From contig CAVUWD010000013.1 in NCBI GenBank assembly GCA_963745025.1, positions 1-64,000 on the forward strand: a stretch of 64,000 nt of DNA, in the 5' to 3' direction. A program made the translations under genes and the position numbers. Below the pieces are notes generated by a model. It was not told where the DNA came from and searched no databases. It saw nothing but the letters and a program-made list of their open reading frames with translations. Numbering within the stretch: position 1 is the stretch's first letter; the number at the start of each line of letters is the position of its first letter. Of the stretch, positions 49,624 through 59,627 are shown piece after piece. Source of the stretch: an uncultured delta proteobacterium (GTDB lineage Bacteria > Desulfobacterota > Binatia > JACPRU01).

Positions 49624-50709
49624 ATGAGCAAGATCGCCGCGGCGGTCGGGGTGCTGGTCCTCGTGATCGCTGCGTATCTCGCGTACCGCTACTGGCAGAT
49701 TCAGAGCCTGGCGAAGAAGTACGCGACGGCCAGCGAGATCGCCGCGGCCTCGATCCAGAAGAATGGCCCCACGTGGACCATCCACATCGAATCCGTCATC
49801 GCCGACCCGATCGACGCGGTCTGGAAGGCGCTGCGTCAGCCGGAGCGATCGGCGGAGCTCGTGCCCACGGCGTTCCATCGCTCCACCCTGGTTAAGGAAG
49901 AAGGGAGCAAGAAGACCGTAGAGCTCGAGGTCACGCTTCTCTCTCTGCCCTCGCAGAAGATGCTGGCGGAGCTCGCCTACGACGACGCCGCCCGCCAGGT
50001 GAAAATCGAAACCTCGAAGGGGTTGCAGGACATGCGCGGGCGATACCAGCTGACCGCGCTATCCCCGGAAAAGACGCTTCTCGTGTTCGAGGGAACGGCC
50101 GTCGAGAAGGTCTCGCTGCCGCTTCCGCAGTCGGTCGTCGAGGGAGCCTTGCGAGAGCTCTTCGTCGTGCAGGTGAGAGCCGTCCAGGTGGCGATTCACG
50201 GCAAGTCCACGGGGGGCACCACCACGCTAGCCGCGGCCGAGCCGCCGAAGCTCTGCGCGGGCCCTCCCCCGCCGGATTCGTCGAAGCTGGTGACGGTGAC
50301 CGTCGCCCGCGCGGCGACGAGCGAATCCGCGCCTGCGTCCGAGACGGAGTTCCGCCGCGATGTGCCCCAGGGGTACGACCGCGGTTATCTCGTGGAGGGC
50401 GTCCCGGTTCGCGAGAGCTTCCGGGCCGACACGAGATGCACCACGGCGACCGCCACCGTCGGCACGCTCACGCTGCAGGTTCAGTCCGTCCTGCTCTCGC
50501 CCGACAACCTCGAGTCTTGGGTGAAAAAGATCGATCTCAAGGCGCTCGCGTCGCTTGCCCCTTCGGGGGAAACGCAGGCGGATCAGCAGCAGAAGCTCCT
50601 CGCGTCCTTCCCGACGCCGCCTCTCGGGTGGCAGATTGTGCCGCCGACGACGGCCCCGACGCTGCCGGGGCCGCTGGCGTTTCAGGTCTACGAACAGGGG
50701 CTTTTCTGA
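49624..50709 (+). CDS. Membrane-anchored SRPBCC/START-like domain protein with an unknown C-terminal domain
   Basis: GGAGG RBS, N-terminal TM, I.DPIDAVWKAL..PE, G.Y.LTALSPEKT pattern. Confidence 0.7.
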   Translation: MSKIAAAVGVLVLVIAAYLAYRYWQIQSLAKKYATASEIAAASIQKNGPTWTIHIESVIADPIDAVWKALRQPERSAELVPTAFHRSTLVKEEGSKKTVELEVTLLSLPSQKMLAELAYDDAARQVKIETSKGLQDMRGRYQLTALSPEKTLLVFEGTAVEKVSLPLPQSVVEGALRELFVVQVRAVQVAIHGKSTGGTTTLAAAEPPKLCAGPPPPDSSKLVTVTVARAATSESAPASETEFRRDVPQGYDRGYLVEGVPVRESFRADTRCTTATATVGTLTLQVQSVLLSPDNLESWVKKIDLKALASLAPSGETQADQQQKLLASFPTPPLGWQIVPPTTAPTLPGPLAFQVYEQGLF

Positions 50710-50806
50710 GACGGCGACGGGAATACTCTTCCGCCAACTTTGCGAACGCGCCCGGAGGCGGACAGGCGACCGTCGGCGTGCTAGGTTGGCGTCACTGGAG
50801 GTGGCA

Positions 50807-50998
50807 TTGAGCAAGGCACGTCCGTCGGTTCTGAAGCGTCGTAAGGAGGAAACCCGCAGGGAGCGCCAGCGGCTGAAGGCCGCGCGCCGCGCCGAGCGAG
50901 CCGCTGAACAGCGCGAGCAGCCCGACCTCAAGCCAGGGGAAGATCCGGACATCGCGGGCATCGTGCCTGGTCCGCAACCCCGGCACGAGGAGGATTGA
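50807..50998 (+). CDS. Small basic protein
   Basis: GGAGG RBS then TTG; RPSVLKRRKE..R.ER...K..RR..R...GEDPDIAGIVPGPQP. Confidence 0.65.
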   Translation: MSKARPSVLKRRKEETRRERQRLKAARRAERAAEQREQPDLKPGEDPDIAGIVPGPQPRHEED

Positions 50999-51259
50999 GG
51001 GTTCCCGGGGCTTACGGACCTGCGCGCGCCTTCCTTTCGAGCAGCCGCGCATATTTCTGGATCCGCTGCACCAGGACCTCGTAGAGCGGCGGGGCAACAT
51101 ACGGAAGATTGAGTAGCAGCAGGGTCGGCGGCTCTCCGCAGACGAGGGAGGCGTGGGGCATGCCGATTTCTCCAGCCCCGTGCCGATCGCCGCCGACCGC
51201 GACTTCGACGGTCTTCTGTGAGCTCACGCGCGCGAGGAGCTTCCGCCGTGGCGCAGCTC

Positions 51260-52447
51260 CTAGGCTGCGATCGCGTCACGCACGCGGCCGATGAAGCGAT
51301 CGACGTTTCCGTATTCGCTCTCGGCGTACTGGCGGCCTTGACGGCCGAGCGCCAGGCGAAGCTCCGCCGAGCGCAGCGCGTCGAGGCAAGCGCGGAGTTG
51401 CGAGTCGCTCTGATACCACAAGCCGCCGTTCCCCAACTCGGCGTGCTCTCGAGCAGCGCCACCATGAGCAGGAACGAGCACGGCCGCGCCGCAGAGCATC
51501 GCTTCGAGCACGTCGAGTCCGAGCATGCGATCGGGCTCGGCATCGAGAAACGCGAAAGCGACGTTCATCCACCTCCAGGCATCCAACCGCGAGACGGTCT
51601 CTTGGCGGACGAGACCCGCAGACGAGGGCAGGCTTCCCGCACCTGGCCCGATCAGCGCGAGCGCGATCTCCGGAGTCTTGCGCGCCAACGAATCCGCGAA
51701 TTCGAAGAGCCATCCGAGCCCGAACGGCCGCCGCCAATCACGGGCGAGCACGACATACGATCCGTGCAGAGAGTGATAGGGGAGCGTCGTCGCCGCGAGC
51801 GAGTTGATGCGGACGGGAAAGCCGACCCGCCGGATTCGCCCAGTTGCGCGACCCTTCAGGCGATTCACGATCAGACGACGCTCGCGCTCGGTGAAGACGA
51901 GGATGCGCTCGGCGCGCTCGAACAAGCGATCGTACACCGAGAAGTAGAGACGGGGCTCGTCCCGTGCGAGCGGGACGAGGACGACGCGCGACCGCCCGAG
52001 CGCGTCTTCGAGAGCGTGATCGAAGAAGGCAGCGTCGAAGCCGCCGAACAGGACGACGTCGTAGCGGCGATCTCGCAGATGAGACACCAGCTCGGGGGAT
52101 GTCGGTCCGGTTGTTCCCGCAAGCCTTTGCTGCAAGGCGCGCGGCAAATTCTCCGCCAGCGCGCCGGCCAGACGCTGTGTACAGTCACACGCCGTCGGCC
52201 AGCAGAGATCTTCCGGGCCGATCGCGTTCTCGAGAGCGGCGCGGCGATCGTGCGCCGAGAGGACCGGAGCCTCGAAGCGCAAGATCTTCAGAGCCCCGTC
52301 GTGCTGATGGCCCCCGGAGGCTGTCGCCGGGACGAGCACGTCGATCTCTGCGGCGGAGACCATGGCGCCCACGACGCGCCGCAGGGCGAGGCACCGCTCG
52401 CGCCAGTCGTCCTTGTCCCAGGACGAAGCCAGGACGGCGATTCGCAT
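51260..52447 (-). CDS. Glycosyltransferase family 4 (GT-B), divergent
   Basis: VPLARDEP, FTERER, LGLDVLEAMLCG donor motif, GGLWY, LGRQGRQY. Confidence 0.85.
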   Translation of the reverse strand: MRIAVLASSWDKDDWRERCLALRRVVGAMVSAAEIDVLVPATASGGHQHDGALKILRFEAPVLSAHDRRAALENAIGPEDLCWPTACDCTQRLAGALAENLPRALQQRLAGTTGPTSPELVSHLRDRRYDVVLFGGFDAAFFDHALEDALGRSRVVLVPLARDEPRLYFSVYDRLFERAERILVFTERERRLIVNRLKGRATGRIRRVGFPVRINSLAATTLPYHSLHGSYVVLARDWRRPFGLGWLFEFADSLARKTPEIALALIGPGAGSLPSSAGLVRQETVSRLDAWRWMNVAFAFLDAEPDRMLGLDVLEAMLCGAAVLVPAHGGAAREHAELGNGGLWYQSDSQLRACLDALRSAELRLALGRQGRQYAESEYGNVDRFIGRVRDAIAA

Positions 52448-52487
52448 CGGGTCCGCGTTGCTCCTCTCGCTGTCCTGACTCCGGATA

Positions 52488-52946
52488 CTAGGATTGCCCG
52501 TGCAGTTCCGCCTCGAGCTGCGCGAGCCGAGCTTCGAGCAAGTGATGGCGGAGATCGGCTCTCTCGCGCTCTGCCCGTGCCACGATCCGGATCTCGTCCG
52601 AGAGCCGGTCGCATCGTCTGGAGAGATCGTTCTGGAAACGGACCAGATTCTCGACGAAGTCTCGCTCGTCGCGGAGGTATCGCTCGAGAACGTTCCACAC
52701 GAACCGTGCCAAGCGGATCTTCAAGCGACTGAACAGAGAGTCGGCAAGGCCACCGGTTTGCGGCGGGGCGTAGCTGGCGTCCCAACACCAGTGCCGATTC
52801 AGATGTGCCAGCTCGGGGCGGTGCAATAGATGATCACTCGGAGGTAGCTCCGTCATCATGGCCCTCGCCATGGGATCCTCGTCAGCGCGGGCTTCGGCGC
52901 TCAGTTCCGCAACCAACTTGCGAGTGTTTACGGGGGTGGCGTGCAC
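52488..52946 (-). CDS. Hypothetical coiled-coil protein of a glycan cluster
   Basis: Helical, with a C-terminal heptad LEARLAQLEAEL; sits between two glycosyltransferase genes. Confidence 0.65.
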   Translation of the reverse strand: MHATPVNTRKLVAELSAEARADEDPMARAMMTELPPSDHLLHRPELAHLNRHWCWDASYAPPQTGGLADSLFSRLKIRLARFVWNVLERYLRDERDFVENLVRFQNDLSRRCDRLSDEIRIVARAERERADLRHHLLEARLAQLEAELHGQS

Positions 52947-52957
52947 GATTCGGCCTC

Positions 52958-55588
52958 CTATTCCAACGCAAGCCCGAAGCCCGACTTGCTGAGATTCGGA
53001 TTGAAGTACGGATCAGACCTGCCTGAGGCGCCCCAGCGCTTCGCCAGCTGGCCTGCGTCGTCGATCTCGTCGGCGGCGCCTCGAGTCATCGATTCGAAGT
53101 GAATCAACTCTGCGAACGGCGTGTAGACGATCCAGTAGCCCCGCTCGCGCAGCCGCAAACAGAAGTCGATGTCGTTGAAAGTGACCCCGAAGCGCTCGTC
53201 GAAGCGGCCCATCTCCTCGAAGACCCTGCGGCGGACCATCATGCATGCACCGGTGACGGCGCTGCAGTTGCGGATGCTCCTGGCGAGCGCCAGATGTCCG
53301 GGAGCATCCGCCGGGAGAAACCGGAAGGCGTGGTCGGCGACCTTGTGAAGTCCGAGGATGACCCCGGCGTGCTGCACGAGCCCGTTCGGATAAAGAAGCC
53401 GCGCGCCGACCGCGCCGACTTCCGGACGCTGCGCGTGCTCGATCATGGCGGTCAGCCACCCCTCGCGGCACGCCTCCGTGTCGTTGTTCAAGAAGAGCAG
53501 CAGATCGCTGCCGGATCGCTCGACCGCCCAGTTGTTGATGCCCGACCAGTTGAACGGCTTGTCGTAGTGCAGAACGCGGCAGCGCGAATCGCTCTCGAGG
53601 CGGGCGAGCAGCGCGTGAGTCTCGGGTTGCCAGGATTGATTGTCGACGAGCAGCGCTTCCCAATGCTCGTACCCGGCGAACCGATGGATCGATTGGAGGC
53701 AATGGGCGAGAAGATCGGGCTCGTCACGAAACGGGATGACGATGCTCACTCGGGGCGTCGAGGGGATCGCCCGTCTCACCCGGAACGTACCCGGAGCGTC
53801 CCCATCCTCGACGGTCGCCTCTTCGCCTCGCCGCAGCAGCGCGTCGGCGATGGCCGCGCGCGCGCTGGTCGCGGAGGACGATCCGGCTCCATTCGAGATC
53901 TCCCGCGCCAAACCATGGCAGAGGATTTTCGGCAGATGAGTCACCTGGCGCGCACGCTCGGTCGCACGCAACGCGAGATCGTAGAGCTCCGCACGGTCGA
54001 ACCCGGGGCGGAACCCATCCATCTGTTCCACGAGGCCGCGGCGGACGGCGAGAAGCCCGCCGAGGTAGGGCTGCGCGAGCAAGAGATCCGGCGACCAATC
54101 CGGCTTGAATCGCGGGTCGAAGCGCCCGCCCGAGGCATCGAGGCTGTCCTCGTCGCTGTAGAGAACGTCCGCTTCGGGCTCTGCGCTCAGTTGAAGCGCG
54201 ATCTCGCCGAGTGCTTCGACGTCCAGTCGATCGCCGTCCCGAAGGAAAACGACCCACTCTCCGGTTGCGCGCTCGAGAGCCGTTTGCAGCGCCCGCCAGA
54301 GCTCGCGCGTTTCGGCGCGGTGCGAGACCAGCACCCGCGGATCAGAGCGACTCGCCTCGTCGAGGAATCGCGGGACGGCATCGTCGCCACGTTCGGCGCA
54401 GACCGAGAGCTGCCAGCGGGGATAGATTTGCGCGCGCAGCGAATCGACGACGGACGCCAGCGGCTCGAGAGCGGATGACGACGGCGCGAACACGACGCTG
54501 ATCTGGGGGCGGTCCGCGAGAGCGGCGAGGCGTTCGGCGAGCCGAGTGCGCCGCTCGTCGACACGCCCCGTCTCGCGTTCCAGCCACCGGTCATACTGGG
54601 CGCGATCGTCGCGCCGCTCGGCGGCGGGCGGCGCAGCCGACGATCGCAGCATGCTCCACGACGGCGTCTGTCGAGCCCGGTTCACCACGTCGTCGAAGAG
54701 CGACATCGTCGTTCGCTCAAGCCGCTGGCACTCGCGCCGCTCGCGCAGAAGCTCGAGCTCGATGCGGCGCCGCTCGGCGAGTAGATCCTCGGTCGTCGCG
54801 CTCTCGGGGCCCAGCGCGGGCGGCGCGAACGCTTCGCTCGCCTCCGGGAGCTTCTCGAGCTCGCGAAACAGATCGCGTTGCGGCCGGGTGAGGTCGGCGT
54901 CGTCGGCGACGGCGGCGACCCCGTATTCGGCGTGCCGCAGCTCCGGCGCGAGAAAGCCTTGGATCTCCGCGCGGCGATCGGCGGGGTCGCAGGGAATCCC
55001 CCGCGCGATGAGGAAGGAGCGCAGCGCGCCGCAGCGCTCCTCCGGATCATGGAGCAAGCGCTCGTACGCCAGCACGAAGACGGGCAAGCCCGAAGCGTGA
55101 ACGAGAGCTTGCCGCGTGTATCGTTCCCAGAGCGCGATCGCTGTCGGCTTCGAGAGGGCGTCGCGCCGAGCGAGCGAGCGCCAGATCTCCAGCGGATTGC
55201 GATGAACCAGCACGACGACGGGACGGATCCCGAGAGTCTTGACCCAGAATGGAAGGAGAAGGCAGTTCCGGGGATCCTTCCAGATCCACACCGAGGTTCG
55301 GTAGACCGATGGAAAGAGCAGGCGCGCGCGTATCGACAGGAGCCGGAGATCCGCCGAAGATTCCCAGCCGGGCTCGAGCCGCGGCGGAGCGGACCAGGTG
55401 CCGCCGAGCCGCTCGAGCAGCTCGTCGTTCAGCAGGTGCAGCGCCGAGCTCTCCCAGTAGCCGCGGGGGTTGGCCTCGTTCGCCGGCATCAAATCCGCTT
55501 CCTCGCCGAGCGAAACGCCGAGCAAGTTGACCGTGCGCGCCACGGCGGACGTGCCGCTGCGATGCATTCCTAGGACGAAGACGGCCAT
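52958..55588 (-). CDS. Sulfotransferase-like domain + coiled coil + two GT2 domains
   Basis: LGMHRSGTS, NPRGYWE, WKDPR; YSDED..FKPDWSPD; SIVIPFRD, FLNND, SAVTGAC, FNDIDFCLRL, DPYFNPNL. Confidence 0.9.
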   Translation of the reverse strand: MAVFVLGMHRSGTSAVARTVNLLGVSLGEEADLMPANEANPRGYWESSALHLLNDELLERLGGTWSAPPRLEPGWESSADLRLLSIRARLLFPSVYRTSVWIWKDPRNCLLLPFWVKTLGIRPVVVLVHRNPLEIWRSLARRDALSKPTAIALWERYTRQALVHASGLPVFVLAYERLLHDPEERCGALRSFLIARGIPCDPADRRAEIQGFLAPELRHAEYGVAAVADDADLTRPQRDLFRELEKLPEASEAFAPPALGPESATTEDLLAERRRIELELLRERRECQRLERTTMSLFDDVVNRARQTPSWSMLRSSAAPPAAERRDDRAQYDRWLERETGRVDERRTRLAERLAALADRPQISVVFAPSSSALEPLASVVDSLRAQIYPRWQLSVCAERGDDAVPRFLDEASRSDPRVLVSHRAETRELWRALQTALERATGEWVVFLRDGDRLDVEALGEIALQLSAEPEADVLYSDEDSLDASGGRFDPRFKPDWSPDLLLAQPYLGGLLAVRRGLVEQMDGFRPGFDRAELYDLALRATERARQVTHLPKILCHGLAREISNGAGSSSATSARAAIADALLRRGEEATVEDGDAPGTFRVRRAIPSTPRVSIVIPFRDEPDLLAHCLQSIHRFAGYEHWEALLVDNQSWQPETHALLARLESDSRCRVLHYDKPFNWSGINNWAVERSGSDLLLFLNNDTEACREGWLTAMIEHAQRPEVGAVGARLLYPNGLVQHAGVILGLHKVADHAFRFLPADAPGHLALARSIRNCSAVTGACMMVRRRVFEEMGRFDERFGVTFNDIDFCLRLRERGYWIVYTPFAELIHFESMTRGAADEIDDAGQLAKRWGASGRSDPYFNPNLSKSGFGLALE

Positions 55589-55808
55589 CCGTACGCCTCG
55601 ATGTGCGAACTCTCGTGCGATTCGACCCATGCCGAATCGACGCGCCGCGCTTCTGCGCTCTTACAGAATGAGGTGGGGACTGCAAGCGTGGGTGGCGGCG
55701 CTCCGATTGATTTCGCGGCCCACCCTCAGCATAAGAGCGTCAGAGCGGAATGCCCGTGGCGGAGCTGCAGAAAGACTTCCGATCCCTCGGGGGTCTTCGC
55801 TCACCGGG

Positions 55809-56795
55809 ATGAACCAGGCGGGCGGAAGCGTGGGCCGCGATGTCGCAGCCGCGGCGCTGTCGGCCGTCGATGCCGAGCTTCAAGCGGCGCTGGCGATCCT
55901 ATTCGACCGGCGTTGCCGCGACGGAGCTCAGGCATGCGTTCATCTCGCCAGGGCGTGGCGCGGCCTCGCCCGCTTCGCGTCGACGAACGATGGCGATACC
56001 GGTTCGGCGAACGACGATCTCGTGAGCCGCCTCCAGGCAGAGGACCTGGTGTCGCTCGGTGCTCGCGAGCGAGTCGAATGGGAGCGCTCGTTGCGTGCGA
56101 TCGTCGGGATCGGCGCGACCGAGCCCTGGGAGCTCGCGCACGAGCACGAGGTGGCTCCTTCGCGTGGTGAGCTGCTGCGGCATTGTCGATGGCTCGAGCG
56201 GTCGATCGGCACTGCTCGAAGTCGATTCGGGGTGGAGATCGGAGCACGTCCGAGACGGATCTGGCTTCTGTCGATCGGTGCGCTGGCGACCGTGGTCGCG
56301 ATCTCCGCGTGGATCTCGCCACGCGGTGGATCAGCCGGCGCCGTATGGCGAGGAGCCTACTATGCCAGCACGGAGCTGACCGGCGAGCCGATCATCCGCA
56401 ACGACCCGGATGTCTTCTTCGACTGGGGAGACGCTTCTCCCTTGCCCGCAATCCCAGCCGACGGCTTCTCGGCCACGTGGGACTCGTGCCTCCATCTCGA
56501 CCGGCGGGCGACGATTCGATTCGTGCTGGGTTCGGACGATGGCTCGCGTCTGTCTGTCGCTGGCAAGCTCGTGGTCGACAACTGGGGCGCGCACGATTTT
56601 CGCATCGCCGAAGGGGAGATGACTCTCGGCCCAGGTGTGTACCCCGTGCACATCGAGTTCTTCGACAAGCTGGGCGCGGCTCGCGTGGCGTTGCGGGGCG
56701 CATTCGACTCGGGGCCGCTGCAGGCGCTGCCAACCGACCACCTATCGCTCCCCCGCCTCGGCGGCGACGGAGCGCCCGGGTGCCCCGCGCCGTGA
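55809..56795 (+). CDS. Single-pass membrane protein with a C-terminal PA14 domain
   Basis: TM IWLLSIGALATVVAISAWI; W.G.YY, FDWG..SP, DGFSA.W, SDDGSRL, DNWGAH, IEFFD. Confidence 0.85.
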   Translation: MNQAGGSVGRDVAAAALSAVDAELQAALAILFDRRCRDGAQACVHLARAWRGLARFASTNDGDTGSANDDLVSRLQAEDLVSLGARERVEWERSLRAIVGIGATEPWELAHEHEVAPSRGELLRHCRWLERSIGTARSRFGVEIGARPRRIWLLSIGALATVVAISAWISPRGGSAGAVWRGAYYASTELTGEPIIRNDPDVFFDWGDASPLPAIPADGFSATWDSCLHLDRRATIRFVLGSDDGSRLSVAGKLVVDNWGAHDFRIAEGEMTLGPGVYPVHIEFFDKLGAARVALRGAFDSGPLQALPTDHLSLPRLGGDGAPGCPAP

Positions 56796-58789
56796 TTCGC
56801 GAAGCATTGTGGCGTCTGCGCCGACGCGACGGGGTTCTCGAGTGGGCGGCCCTGCTCGTTTGGCTGGCGATCGCCTTTCGCCTCGTCGGCTCGACGGGGA
56901 TCTCCCGAGCGGGTCTGTTCGACGACCTGGCGGTGGTTTCGGGCGGTCTCGTTCTCTACGCGCTCCTCGAGCACGTCTCGCCTCGGCTACGTGCCGCCGT
57001 CCTCTTCGCCGTGGGCTTCGGACTGATCACGGCATACGCCTCTACGCTACTCTTCTTTCGCTTCTATCAGAGCTACATCCGCGTCGGGACGCTGGCGATG
57101 ACGGGAGCGGTGGGGGGCGGGGTGAGCTCCGTCTTCGCGCTCTTCACGCCGGCGTTCCTGATCGGATGCGTGATCGGGCCGATCGCGTTGCTCGGGTCAG
57201 CGACCGCCGGCGGGAGCGGTCGGCGCGGTCACGCCGTTCGCGGTCTCCTGCTCGGCGCCCTGGCGGTATGTGCGGCGACGCTGGCCTTCGGCCGCGGCTC
57301 TGCAGAGAGCTTCGTGGCCGCTGACAACGACCCGGTGATCTACCTGCTACGCGATGCCGTTCACGCTCTGCGGGAACGGCAATCTCCCCGGACGGCGCTT
57401 CGTCCGCTCGACATGTTGATCAGTCGGGACGAGACCTACAATTTCGCATTCGAGCGCGGGCTTCGCAGCGGAGCGTCGAGCGCGTACCCCTTGCTTCGGT
57501 TGCCGGTTGCGACAGCCGAGGGCGGTCGAAGGGGGAAGGGCTGGAACGTCGTCCTGGTGCTCATGGAGTCCGTTCGTGGCTTCGAAACCAATCTCACCCA
57601 CGAAGCCCCCGCCGTGGCTCCGAATCTCACCCGGCTCGCCGAGCAGGGAGTGTTCTTCAGCAACGTGTATTTCAACGCCACCCAAACGGCGCCTGCCGAG
57701 GCGTCCGTCCTCTGTAGCGTGCTGCCGGATTCCGCCGGAGGGCCAATCTATCTGAAGTCTCCGCGGCTTTCGGTCCGCTGCCTTCCCGAGATTCTCTCCG
57801 ACCACGGCTACGAGACGCACTGGATCAGCTCCTTTCACGCCTCGTTCACCAACAAGCGCGAGTTTCTTTCCGCCCACGGGGTTCGGTTCATTCATGACCA
57901 GACGGACCTCGAACGGAGGGGCCTCAAGCGAGAGAAGATCGGCTGGGCTGCCGCAGACGACGATCTCGCGGATTTCGCCACCGAGATCCTCGACCGGGCT
58001 CACGAGCCCTTCTTTGCGGAGGTGATGACGGTATCGAACCACTTTCCATGGGAGCTCGACTCGTTCGGAGTTCCCGTGCCGGCGGCGATCCGATCGCTCG
58101 GCGGATCCGGCGACTATCGCGGCTATCTGATGGGGATGCACTATACCGACCACGCCGTCGGGCGCTTCTTGGAGGGGGCCCGATCGCACCGGTGGTTCGA
58201 TCGCACGCTCTTCGTGATCGTCGGCGACCACGGTGTGTGGATCTTTCCCGAGACGGCCGACGGTCAGCGCGTCGGCTTTCTGGAAAAGACCGAGATCTAC
58301 TACCGGTCCGGGCTCCTCTTCTGGGCGCCCTCGCTCCTCGCGTCGCGACGAGTCGAAACGCTCGGCAGCGAGATCGATCTCGCGCCGACGATTCTCGATG
58401 TGCTCGGAATCGCGGAAGCGAACAGCTTCGAAGGAGTGAGCCTGCTTGCGGAGGTTCCGCCCGAGCGGCGCTTCGCGATGATGGTCAGCGAGAGCTCCTG
58501 GAGCGTCCGCGCGGGAGATCGCTACTGCTATGCTCTCGGGCAAAGCTGCTTTGTGGACGCCGAGCCCCGCTGTGCTCTGGGAGAAAAGCCGCGAGCCGCT
58601 GCGCGAGCCTGTTTTCGCTACACGAAGGACCTTCTCGATTTCACCGTTCGGCCCGGCGAGCTCATGCCCCTCTCGGAAGCCGAGAGGGCAGCCCTAGTCG
58701 CGCGCGGTGACCGGCTCGTCCGCTACAACGACGCGCTCATCCGAAGGGATGGCTTCTTCCCGCCGGAGCTGCGCGCGGGCGCTCGCTGA
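56792..58789 (+). CDS. LTA synthase (LtaS)-like membrane sulfatase-fold transferase
   Basis: GTG overlapping the PA14 gene stop; about five TM helices; NVVLVLMES, Thr nucleophile in QTAPAE, TVSNHFP, YTD, GDHG, DLAPTIL. Confidence 0.88.
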   Translation: MIREALWRLRRRDGVLEWAALLVWLAIAFRLVGSTGISRAGLFDDLAVVSGGLVLYALLEHVSPRLRAAVLFAVGFGLITAYASTLLFFRFYQSYIRVGTLAMTGAVGGGVSSVFALFTPAFLIGCVIGPIALLGSATAGGSGRRGHAVRGLLLGALAVCAATLAFGRGSAESFVAADNDPVIYLLRDAVHALRERQSPRTALRPLDMLISRDETYNFAFERGLRSGASSAYPLLRLPVATAEGGRRGKGWNVVLVLMESVRGFETNLTHEAPAVAPNLTRLAEQGVFFSNVYFNATQTAPAEASVLCSVLPDSAGGPIYLKSPRLSVRCLPEILSDHGYETHWISSFHASFTNKREFLSAHGVRFIHDQTDLERRGLKREKIGWAAADDDLADFATEILDRAHEPFFAEVMTVSNHFPWELDSFGVPVPAAIRSLGGSGDYRGYLMGMHYTDHAVGRFLEGARSHRWFDRTLFVIVGDHGVWIFPETADGQRVGFLEKTEIYYRSGLLFWAPSLLASRRVETLGSEIDLAPTILDVLGIAEANSFEGVSLLAEVPPERRFAMMVSESSWSVRAGDRYCYALGQSCFVDAEPRCALGEKPRAAARACFRYTKDLLDFTVRPGELMPLSEAERAALVARGDRLVRYNDALIRRDGFFPPELRAGAR

Positions 58790-58806
58790 GCGGGCGCAGG
58801 GCCGAT

Positions 58807-59433
58807 TCACTTGCGGCCGGGGAAGTGGCTCAGCCCGATCGTGAAGAACACCGAATTGAGGCCGCGGTTCTCGTTCGAGATCCCCAGATTTGAGATGTGC
58901 CGCAGGCGAACGTCGAAGGACAGAGCGTTCTCGTGGGAAAGGTGATCAAAGAACAGATGGAAGCCGCCGCCTGCCTGCGAGCTGAACTCGAACGGCCCGC
59001 CGATATGCATGTTGCTGAGGGTCGTGAGCACGATTCCCTCCCCGCCCTCGACATACGGGACGAAGAAGCTGCCGGTGTCGTATCGGTAGTTGAAGATCAG
59101 CGGGCTGAACGCGAACTCGCCGTTCCCGTCGTGGCCGCGGCCGTAGATGATCGAGCCGGTCGCCTCGATCGCCAGGCGGATGCGATTGCCCAAGATCGCC
59201 GGAACGAAATCGGGCAAGCCGTACGCCACGCGCGGGCCGAACGTATAGAAATCGATCGCGTCGCGCTCACCGTATCCGTAGGCGAAGCGGAACGATATCT
59301 CCTGAGGCGAAAGCAGAGGGCACGCGGGAGCGCCTTGGCTGCCCTGCGTCGAGGGCTCCGCGCGAGCCGGCGCGTCCGCGAGAACCGTGCCGAGAATCGC
59401 CGCAAGCAGGAATCCACCGCAGCCCCTCGCCAT
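58807..59433 (-). CDS. pagL: Lipid A 3-O-deacylase PagL-like outer-membrane protein
   Basis: Signal peptide; PYVEGGEG, FEFSSQAGGG, RHISNLG....NRGLN catalytic His-Ser motif. Confidence 0.85.
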   Translation of the reverse strand: MARGCGGFLLAAILGTVLADAPARAEPSTQGSQGAPACPLLSPQEISFRFAYGYGERDAIDFYTFGPRVAYGLPDFVPAILGNRIRLAIEATGSIIYGRGHDGNGEFAFSPLIFNYRYDTGSFFVPYVEGGEGIVLTTLSNMHIGGPFEFSSQAGGGFHLFFDHLSHENALSFDVRLRHISNLGISNENRGLNSVFFTIGLSHFPGRK

Positions 59434-59627
59434 CTTTGCTCTCGTCACCCTGGGAGTCCTCCCCTCGACACTCACGCCCGATTGCCGAATAAACGGTGAA
59501 ATGGCCCAGTCGAAGCTCTGCAGCCTGATGCCACCGCTCTTACAGGGGCGAGTTCCCGAGCGTCAAGAAAGCCTCTATGGAACCTGATCGTGCGGTTGCG
59601 ATAGTGCAGCGAGCGTCGTCCAGGTCG

